Assembly (NCBI GenBank): GCA_963816145.1
Contig: CAWFJP010000029.1
Location: forward strand, 320,001-384,000
Length of the DNA: 64,000 nt
Source: an uncultured delta proteobacterium
GTDB taxonomy: Bacteria; Desulfobacterota; Binatia; UBA9968
Reading direction: 5' to 3'
Part shown: piece by piece, positions 56,670 through 64,000 of the stretch
Numbering within the stretch: the stretch's first letter is position 1
How the letters are laid out: each line of letters begins with the position of its first letter
Notes under the pieces: generated by a model
Databases searched by the model: none
Told to the model about the DNA's origin: nothing
Seen by the model: only the letters and a program-made list of their open reading frames with translations
Position numbers and translations under genes: made by a program

Positions 56670-57590
56670 ATGGCCGGAGATAACGCCTCTCCAACCATTA
56701 GCTTGCGTGAACGCTCGTTTCCCCTCTCCGGCGCCGACGAACGGCTGCCGAAGTGGGTTACCTTTTCGCTCATCGCCCATTGCAGTTTGCTATTGTTGTT
56801 CGTGGTCGCCCCGTTTTCATCATCACCTCGGTTAACGACCAATCCGGTATACACCGTTGATCTGGTCGGCAGTGAGCGCATTGGCCGCACCTCCTATGGA
56901 ACCGAGTTGGGTAGCCCGGCGAAAAAAGAGGTGAAGCCGGCGGCAGCGCCAGCGCCGATCGACCCGCCGAAGAAGGAAGTCCGTCAGGAAAAGGCCGAGA
57001 AACCCAAACTCGCGGAGAAGAAGCTCATCGAGGATGAGAAAGTCGCACTGCGCGAGAAGGTCAAGAAGGAGCCCGGGAAAAAAGAGCCGGTCAAAGAAGC
57101 GAAAGACGAGGCTAAGACTGCAACAGCTTCTGCCGATAGCGTACGCGAGCGCTTGATCAAAACCGCCGCGGAGCGAGCGTCGGCGGGAAGCGGAACCGCT
57201 CAAAAATCGTCAAAAGGAGAAGCGCTCAGTACCGGCACCGGCGAAGGTGTCGGTGGATCGGCGTTGGGGGCGGGCGGCCGTGGCGGTCCGGGGATCGTCA
57301 AAGGCATGGACTATGTCATCTACCAAAATCGCATGCTGAGCACGATTAAGAATAACTGGGTATGGGTGGGGCCGCGCAGCAATATCAAAGTCATTGTCCA
57401 TTTTAATATCAGAGACAACGGCGAAATTTTCGGGCTCAAGATTGTCCAGTCTTCGGGGAACTCGTCTTACGACGATTCGGTACTGAGAGCGGTGCGAAAG
57501 TCCAGCCCGCTGCCCGCGCTAACGGACAATATTCGCAATGGCTTTTCCGAGGTCGAGCTAGCTTTTCGACCGGAGGATCTGGAGGCTTAA
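56670..57590 (+). CDS. tolA: TolA/TonB-family energy transducer
   Basis: TM helix with S...H motif, K/E/P-rich linker, SSGN..YD.SVLRAV. Operon position. Confidence 0.88.
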   Translation: MAGDNASPTISLRERSFPLSGADERLPKWVTFSLIAHCSLLLLFVVAPFSSSPRLTTNPVYTVDLVGSERIGRTSYGTELGSPAKKEVKPAAAPAPIDPPKKEVRQEKAEKPKLAEKKLIEDEKVALREKVKKEPGKKEPVKEAKDEAKTATASADSVRERLIKTAAERASAGSGTAQKSSKGEALSTGTGEGVGGSALGAGGRGGPGIVKGMDYVIYQNRMLSTIKNNWVWVGPRSNIKVIVHFNIRDNGEIFGLKIVQSSGNSSYDDSVLRAVRKSSPLPALTDNIRNGFSEVELAFRPEDLEA

Positions 57591-57594
57591 TCGG

Positions 57595-58911
57595 ATGAAA
57601 TTTTTGTTGCTAGTCTTATCTCTGAGCTTTGGCTTCCACCTGGATTTGGCTCTAGCGCAGTTCAAAGGCGAGATTGTCGGTTCTGGCGGACAAAAATTTC
57701 CTATCGCGGTTTCGCCGCTGCGTAATACCGGCAGTGCTACGGCGGATGCTGGGCGATTTTCGACTGGGATTGCCGATTCGATCGTCCACGATTTGGAGCT
57801 GTCGGGTTGGTTTCGAGTCATCGATCGATCCAGCTATATCGAGAGTCCGCAGCAAAGCGGTATCACGCTTGGAACCTTCGATCTCAAAGATTGGTCGACA
57901 CTTGGGGCCGAGGGATTAGTCAAAGGCGGATTTTCGGTGCAAGGCGATGAGATCGTCGTCGAGTTACGCTTATTCGACGTTTACCAGGGTAAAGAGCGCA
58001 TCGCGAAACGTTATACCGGCGGGGTTGGCCAATTCCGCCGTATTGCTCATAAATTCGTCGACGAAATCATCAACCAATTTACCGGCATCCCGGGTGTCTT
58101 CAATACCCAGATCGCGTATGTCTCCAATAGCGGCGGCCGCTTCAAAGAAATTTACTATTCACACCTTGACGGTAGCGAGAAACGGCAGGTGACCGATAAC
58201 CGAACGATCAACCTGTCGCCATCCTGGGGAGTCAACGGGCGGACAATTCTTTATTCTTCGTTCCAGGATCGCGCTCAAACTCTTTATCTGCGGGACCTCC
58301 CGAGCGGCAAAGACCTTCGGTTCAATCCGCCCGGCGCCGGTCGCTTTCTCGGCGGTAAGTTGTCCCCCGACGGCCAAATGGTCGTGGCCACTTACGAGTC
58401 GGGCGGGAACAGTAATCTCTATTTGCTCGATCGCAGCGGTAAGGTGCTCCGGCGCTTGACCGAAGAGCCTGGAATTGAGGTGTCACCAGCCTGGTCACCG
58501 GATGGCAAACAGATCGTCTACGTCTCGGACCGTAGTGGTTCGCCGCAGGTCTTTGTTCTCGATGTGCAAAGCGGTAAATCTCGGCGCGTGACTTACAACG
58601 GTAGCTACAACACGTCGCCTGAATGGTCGCCCAAAGGCGACCGCATCGTTTATACGGGCAGAGTCGGTAGTAAATTTGCGATATTTACAATCCCGGTGGA
58701 AGGCGGTGATCCGCGCAAGCTCACATCGGAGGCTTTTGACAGTGAAGATCCAACATGGTCACCGGATGGCAGGTTTATTGCGTTCTCGTCCAATCGTGCC
58801 GGCAAATACCATCTTTATGTAATGCAAGCGAGCGGCGAGAATCAACGACGGCTGACCGGCTCTGGAGGCGATGATACCAAACCGAGTTGGTCGCCACGGC
58901 TGGTTGATTAG
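57595..58911 (+). CDS. tolB: Tol-Pal beta-propeller protein TolB
   Basis: TolB_N domain plus P.WSPDG repeats. Confidence 0.95.
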   Translation: MKFLLLVLSLSFGFHLDLALAQFKGEIVGSGGQKFPIAVSPLRNTGSATADAGRFSTGIADSIVHDLELSGWFRVIDRSSYIESPQQSGITLGTFDLKDWSTLGAEGLVKGGFSVQGDEIVVELRLFDVYQGKERIAKRYTGGVGQFRRIAHKFVDEIINQFTGIPGVFNTQIAYVSNSGGRFKEIYYSHLDGSEKRQVTDNRTINLSPSWGVNGRTILYSSFQDRAQTLYLRDLPSGKDLRFNPPGAGRFLGGKLSPDGQMVVATYESGGNSNLYLLDRSGKVLRRLTEEPGIEVSPAWSPDGKQIVYVSDRSGSPQVFVLDVQSGKSRRVTYNGSYNTSPEWSPKGDRIVYTGRVGSKFAIFTIPVEGGDPRKLTSEAFDSEDPTWSPDGRFIAFSSNRAGKYHLYVMQASGENQRRLTGSGGDDTKPSWSPRLVD

Positions 58912-58970
58912 TGTTTTGTCCAATTCATCGATACGCTGATGGCTTATTGTGCAAAGGTAAGGAGGTTGTG

Positions 58971-59564
58971 ATGGAGTTTCGTTCCAGGGTCGCATACTGC
59001 GGATTGCTGATGATGGTGTTGGTGGCATTTGCCTGCGCGCCGACGGCAGCGACGAAGCCAGACCCGGCATCTTCCGGAACCGGCTCAGCGTCGGCAAAAA
59101 CCTCCGACACTGCACGCTCTGGCGATGGCCAGGGCGGCGGCACTAAAGAGTCGGACGCGACTTCATCTAGTTTAAAAGCGCTGCAAGAAGGGAAGCCGCC
59201 GATCACACCCGCATCAAGTCCATTGAAAGATGCGTTTTTCGATTTCGATCGCTACGATCTCAGCGGTGACGCCCGTGCCGTATTGCGAGCCAATGCCGAT
59301 TGGTTGAAAAATAATCCGTCGGCCCGGGTCGAAATTGAAGGTCACTGTGATGAGCGGGGTACCAACGAATACAATCTCGCACTCGGTGCCAAAAGAGCCC
59401 AGGCCGCACGCGATTACTTGGTGTCCCTAGGGATAGCTCCGGATCGACTGTCGACGACCAGCTATGGCGAGGAAATCCCGGTGTGCCAGGGGCACTCGGA
59501 GGACTGTTGGCGGCAAAACCGGCGGGCGCGGTTCGTCATTGTCGAGCGACGCGCAACTTCCTAA
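58971..59564 (+). CDS. pal: Peptidoglycan-associated lipoprotein
   Basis: Lipobox AFAC, FFDFD, IEGHCDERGTNEYNLALG, NRRA. Confidence 0.96.
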   Translation: MEFRSRVAYCGLLMMVLVAFACAPTAATKPDPASSGTGSASAKTSDTARSGDGQGGGTKESDATSSSLKALQEGKPPITPASSPLKDAFFDFDRYDLSGDARAVLRANADWLKNNPSARVEIEGHCDERGTNEYNLALGAKRAQAARDYLVSLGIAPDRLSTTSYGEEIPVCQGHSEDCWRQNRRARFVIVERRATS

Positions 59565-59594
59565 TCGACCGTTGCTATCAGGAGGGGTGCTCCA

Positions 59595-60428
59595 TTGTTT
59601 ACTGACAAAATCCCATTTGGGATATTCTTGATCGCTTTCGTTGTGACATCGGGCTGCGTAAACCCGCAGCAAGTGGAATTACTCGAACGCGAGCAGCGCC
59701 GTTTACGCAGCGATGTCACCACAATGCAAACCGATATCGACGCGGCGCGCACGAGTTTGGCCGATACGCGAGCCAATATGCAACAGATGCAGCGCGATGT
59801 CTCGGCAATTCGTGAACGGATCGATGAGACCCGCGTGCAAGTGGGGCGGCAAATTGGTCAAACCAGCCGAGATGGCGATCAACGGGTTAAGAATCTAGAG
59901 GCTCGTTTAGTCAAATTGGAAGAGGATGCCAAGGCTCAAGCCGAGTTGTTGAAAAATCGCGAAGCCGAGATCCAGCAAATGAAAGAAGCCGCGCAAACGG
60001 CGCAAGCGAGCGCGCCAGACGGTTATGCTGAAGCTGCGCTGGGAGAGTCGGATGCGGCGCGGCGAGAATTTGAAAGTGGCTGGCGCTTGTTTGAGCGCAA
60101 GGAGTATCGATCGGCTGTTTCCCGTTTCCGAGAATTTTTGAAAAAATATCCGAAGAGCCGGATCGCCGCTAACGCGCAGTTTTGGGTCGGTGAGAGTCAC
60201 TTTGGTCTCAAGGAGTACGACAAGGCAATTGTTGAGTTTGACGAGGTCCGGCGCCGCTATCCACAGTCCGATAAGGTGCCCGCGGCGCTTTTGCGCCAGG
60301 GTTTCGCATTTGCCGAGCTCGGTGAGAAGTTAAACGCGCGTTTGGTGCTTCAAGATGTTGTTGAAAAGTATCCGCAATCTCCCGAATCCCTAAGGGCCAA
60401 GCAAAAACTCAAGTCGCTTGAGTCGTAG
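59595..60428 (+). CDS. cpoB: Cell division coordinator CpoB (YbgF)
   Basis: Lipobox, coiled coil, TPR (KYPKS..ANAQFW.GE). Follows pal. Confidence 0.9.
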   Translation: MFTDKIPFGIFLIAFVVTSGCVNPQQVELLEREQRRLRSDVTTMQTDIDAARTSLADTRANMQQMQRDVSAIRERIDETRVQVGRQIGQTSRDGDQRVKNLEARLVKLEEDAKAQAELLKNREAEIQQMKEAAQTAQASAPDGYAEAALGESDAARREFESGWRLFERKEYRSAVSRFREFLKKYPKSRIAANAQFWVGESHFGLKEYDKAIVEFDEVRRRYPQSDKVPAALLRQGFAFAELGEKLNARLVLQDVVEKYPQSPESLRAKQKLKSLES

Positions 60429-60531
60429 GACTCTTTCACTTGCGCAGCGCATCGAAGTCCAGGCTATCTTGCGGGCTTTGCCGCTTGGGTGGTGACTCCC
60501 CGGCAGGTTCGGTGCTATTGTACCGAGCATC

Positions 60532-61488
60532 ATGCAGATAATTCGTCATATCGACGATCCAGCGCTCGGCTTCGATGGTTCCAGCGTAACCTTGGGTAAC
60601 TTTGATGGGATTCATGTCGGTCACCAGGCGCTAATCAAGAACGCGGTCGACGACGCCCAACGACTCGGCTTACGTTCGGCAGTGTTGACTTTTGAGCCTC
60701 ATCCGCTGAGAGTTCTCGCCCCGGAGCGGGCGCCCAAGATGTTGCTGACCCATAAGGACAAGATGCAGTTGCTGCAGTTCCTCGGGGTCGATCGCGTGGT
60801 GATTCAGCAATTCGATCTGTCGTTTGCCGCGATCGGGGCGGAAGAGTTCGTGCGTAAATACTTAGTTGAACGCCTGCGCGCCAAAAAGGTCTGGGTGGGA
60901 AAGGATCTGCGTTTCGGCAAGGGACGCGCAGGTGACATCGATAAGCTTCGAGCTTGGGGCGCGCAATTAGGTTTCGATGTCGGCATAGTCGAGCCGGTGA
61001 TGGTGTGCGGCGAGCGAGTGAGTAGTTCGCGAATTCGTGAACTACTCGGCGTTGGGCAAGTTGCCCGGGTACAGCCGATGCTGGCCAGATATTATTTCGT
61101 TTCCGGCAAGGTGGTATCCGGCCACCGCCGCGGGCGAGAACTCGGATTTCCCACGGCAAATATTGCCAGCCGGGCCGAGATTGTCCCGTGCGACGGTATC
61201 TACGCCACGCTGTTTCATCTCGGCGAGAATATTCTGCCGAGTGTCACTAGCATAGGATCAAATCCAACATTCGGCGCCGGCCCGCGCACCATCGAGAGTT
61301 ATATTTTGAATTTCGACCGGGAAATCTATGGCGAGTCGGTCAAGTTATCTTTTCTCGCAAGATTGCGGGGTGAGAAGAACTTCGCGTCGGTGGAATTACT
61401 GATTGAGCAGATTCGTCAAGACGTAGCGGAGGCGGACGCGCTAATCGCGCGACTGGGTTTTGCGTTGGGCGCTCCAAGTAAGGGATAA
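60532..61488 (+). CDS. ribF: Riboflavin kinase/FAD synthetase
   Basis: GNFDGIHVGH, TFEPHP, VSSSRIR, GRELGFPTAN. Confidence 0.97.
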   Translation: MQIIRHIDDPALGFDGSSVTLGNFDGIHVGHQALIKNAVDDAQRLGLRSAVLTFEPHPLRVLAPERAPKMLLTHKDKMQLLQFLGVDRVVIQQFDLSFAAIGAEEFVRKYLVERLRAKKVWVGKDLRFGKGRAGDIDKLRAWGAQLGFDVGIVEPVMVCGERVSSSRIRELLGVGQVARVQPMLARYYFVSGKVVSGHRRGRELGFPTANIASRAEIVPCDGIYATLFHLGENILPSVTSIGSNPTFGAGPRTIESYILNFDREIYGESVKLSFLARLRGEKNFASVELLIEQIRQDVAEADALIARLGFALGAPSKG

Positions 61489-61496
61489 TTTAAGTT

Positions 61497-62567
61497 ATGG
61501 GATTGGAGTTTTTCACGGTCGACGCCGCCGCGGCAGGTCAGCGCCTCGATGTGTTCGTCGCCGGCCGCTGTCCCGAGCCGAAGGAGGCAATCTTCATGAG
61601 CCGTGCCGGGGTAAAGCGGCTCATTGAGGCCGGGAACGTGACGGTCAATGGCGGGAGGGTTAAGGCCAGTCTGCGCTTGAAAGTGCAAGACCTGGTGGAG
61701 ATCCGCAGGCCGGAGGTGCGTGACATTGGGCTGGTCGGCGAAGCCTTGCCGTTGAACGTTATCTATGAAGACGAAGACGTTCTGGTTGTTAACAAAGCGG
61801 CTGGCATGGTTGTCCACCCTGCGGCGGGGTGCGCCAGCGGCACTTTGGTCAACGCGGTCTTGCACCACTGCCCAGCGATCGCCGGTATCGGTGGCGAGCG
61901 GCGGCCTGGGATCGTCCATCGTCTCGATAAAGACACCTCTGGCGTGATGGTAGTCGCGAAAAACGATTTGTCGATGCGCAGTTTGATGGAACAATTCAAG
62001 AGCCGGACTGTGCGCAAAGAATATCTCGCGCTGGTACATGGATGTTTGCCCGGCGAACGAGGCGAGATCGATCGCGCCATCGGCCGCCATCGGACCGATC
62101 GAAAGCGGATGTCCAGTCTGCGTGTGACCGGCAAGAGCCGCCAAGCGACCACACAGTGGGCGGTAGTAGAGCGTTACTTGATTGCGAAGACTGCGCGGGA
62201 TGTCGCTTGGTATTGTCTGATTCGCTTAGCACCTCGGACCGGGCGTACGCATCAAATTCGAGTTCATTTAGCAGATATGGGTCATCCTTTAGTAGGCGAC
62301 CGCGTCTACGGTCTGGGGTATCCGGTGGCGAGCCATGACGATAAACTCGGTGGTCGAGTCGCAGGCTTCCTGCGCCACGCGCTGCATGCGGAAAAATTGT
62401 CTTTTGATCATGTGCGTAGCGGTGCGCGTATGTGCTTTAGCGCGCCGCTAGCCGATGATATGGCCGGTTTGATCAATGATTTGACAAGCCACGCGGTGAC
62501 CGGCGAGGCATTTCGGCCTAATTTCTTTGCAACGAATGGGGTTGACAAGATTAGAAGTTTAAAATAG
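61497..62567 (+). CDS. rluD: RluA-family pseudouridine synthase (RluD-like)
   Basis: S4 domain, NKAAGMVVHP, HRLDKDTSG, TGRTHQIRVH. Confidence 0.92.
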   Translation: MGLEFFTVDAAAAGQRLDVFVAGRCPEPKEAIFMSRAGVKRLIEAGNVTVNGGRVKASLRLKVQDLVEIRRPEVRDIGLVGEALPLNVIYEDEDVLVVNKAAGMVVHPAAGCASGTLVNAVLHHCPAIAGIGGERRPGIVHRLDKDTSGVMVVAKNDLSMRSLMEQFKSRTVRKEYLALVHGCLPGERGEIDRAIGRHRTDRKRMSSLRVTGKSRQATTQWAVVERYLIAKTARDVAWYCLIRLAPRTGRTHQIRVHLADMGHPLVGDRVYGLGYPVASHDDKLGGRVAGFLRHALHAEKLSFDHVRSGARMCFSAPLADDMAGLINDLTSHAVTGEAFRPNFFATNGVDKIRSLK

Positions 62568-62570
62568 TAT
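62542..62570 (+). promoter_or_regulatory. Sigma70 promoter of rho
   Basis: TTGACA-N17-TAGTAT overlapping the rluD stop. Confidence 0.8.
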
Positions 62571-62884
62571 TCATTTACCGAGGATTTGTTCAGTAAACTC
62601 TTTTTAATCGTCCCCGCGCCGAAGTAAATTTTCATTCGCCGTTAATCGATCAGAGCTTATTTTGTTTTTCAAAAAAGAGATCCTTATCTGCGTTTAGCCG
62701 TTTGTCCCACGGCCGCACTTGCTTGTGCATCTGCGCCTGGCGCCAGCGTAATTTCGTTGCCACTTAAATTCCATACGGGGCACTGGCGTCATCGGTTTTT
62801 GAAGATCCCAGCAAGTGCCTGTTTTAGACCCGATTTCATAAAGATGGATTACAGCTTTGAGTGTTGAAAGGAGAAGCATAGTGT

Positions 62885-64000
62885 ATGGTTCGTGGTAGAA
62901 CTCGATCCGCTGAGGCGGAGACCGTAGAGGAAGTCGTCAAGGAAGTTGTCAAAGACAACGGGTTGAATCTCAAAGCCCTCAAGGAAAAAAAGATCGGCGA
63001 TCTAGCGCTGATCGGCAAGACCTTTAATATCGAGGGTGCCGCCAATATGCGCAAACAGGATTTGATTTTTGCGATCCTGCAGGCGCAGACCGAGCAAAAC
63101 GGTCATGTCTATGGCGAAGGAGTCTTGGAGACTCTGCCCGACGGTTTTGGCTTTCTGCGCGCCCCCGATTATAACTATCTGCCCGGTCCGGATGATATCT
63201 ATGTTTCGCCCAGTCAGATTCGTCGTTTCAGCTTGCGCACTGGCGATATCATATCGGGTCATATTCGGCCGCCCAAAGAAGGCGAGCGTTATTTTGCCTT
63301 GCTCAAGGTCGAGACCATCAACTATGAAGATCCTGAGCGCGCCCGCGAAAAAATTCTATTCGACAACCTGACACCGCTTTATCCCAACGAGCGTTTGTGT
63401 TTGGAAAATCAGCCCACCGACTACACCACTCGAATCGTCGATTTGCTGACCCCCATCGGCAAGGGTCAGCGTGGCTTGATCGTGGCAGCACCGCGCACCG
63501 GTAAAACGATGATGCTGCAGCATATCGCCAAGGCGATTGCACATAATCATCAAGAAGTAGTGCTAATCGTCCTATTGATCGACGAGCGGCCGGAAGAAGT
63601 CACCGACATGCAACGTTCGGTCGACGGCGAAGTCATCAGCTCGACCTTCGACGAACCGGCGACGCGCCATGTGCAAGTGGCGGAGATGGTGATCGAAAAA
63701 GCCAAACGGTTGGTTGAGCATGGCAAGGACGTGGTCATCTTGCTCGATAGCATCACGCGCTTGGCGCGCGCATACAACACCGTAGTGCCGCCGAGCGGCA
63801 AAATTCTCTCCGGCGGTGTCGATTCCAACGCGCTCCACAAACCCAAGAAATTCTTCGGCGCCGCCCGCAATATCGAAGACGGCGGGAGTTTGACAATTAT
63901 CGCCACGGCTTTAATCGACACCGGCAGTCGTATGGACGAAGTGATCTTCGAAGAGTTCAAGGGCACCGGCAATATGGAAGTCCATCTGGACCGGCGCTTA
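62885..64000 (+). CDS. rho: Transcription termination factor Rho (3' end outside window)
   Basis: [59 protein letters not shown]. Not in the ORF track because it has no stop in the window. Confidence 0.98.
   Translation, partial: MVRGRTRSAEAETVEEVVKEVVKDNGLNLKALKEKKIGDLALIGKTFNIEGAANMRKQDLIFAILQAQTEQNGHVYGEGVLETLPDGFGFLRAPDYNYLPGPDDIYVSPSQIRRFSLRTGDIISGHIRPPKEGERYFALLKVETINYEDPERAREKILFDNLTPLYPNERLCLENQPTDYTTRIVDLLTPIGKGQRGLIVAAPRTGKTMMLQHIAKAIAHNHQEVVLIVLLIDERPEEVTDMQRSVDGEVISSTFDEPATRHVQVAEMVIEKAKRLVEHGKDVVILLDSITRLARAYNTVVPPSGKILSGGVDSNALHKPKKFFGAARNIEDGGSLTIIATALIDTGSRMDEVIFEEFKGTGNMEVHLDRRL

Noticed and set aside
1-64000. CRISPR array or cas/defence genes
   Set aside because: The repeats are palindromic or short tandem units without regular unique spacers, and no cas-like ORFs were seen.

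Overview
A GC-rich bacterial chromosomal window. By inference from gene style it is deltaproteobacteria-like, probably Ca. Binatia: many orphan NMT1/SsuA-type binding proteins, amidohydrolases, Rieske, UbiD and LLM enzymes, and dense intergenic palindromic repeats. Housekeeping genes flank it: uvrC-comEC on the left, and tRNA-Leu-secG-tpiA-pgk, the tol-pal-cpoB operon, ribF, rluD and rho on the right. The middle is catabolic and accessory. Signals the ORF track misses or splits: (1) a sigma54 promoter, c-di-GMP-II riboswitch and overlapping terminator ahead of an orphan TadE-TadE-TadG/vWA pilus-tip cassette; (2) a UGA-recoded UxxC selenoprotein with a SECIS-like hairpin; (3) tandem plant-type threonine synthase and cystathionine gamma-synthase; (4) REP-like repeats read in frame as the basic N-termini of secreted proteins; (5) a truncated IS1182 splitting one of two cysteine-dioxygenase-like paralogs; (6) a decayed integrative element at tRNA-Leu containing a terminated ORF-less transcript; (7) two more strong sigma54 promoters and an unannotated small membrane protein. 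All calls come from reading the sequence by eye. No database searches were run.
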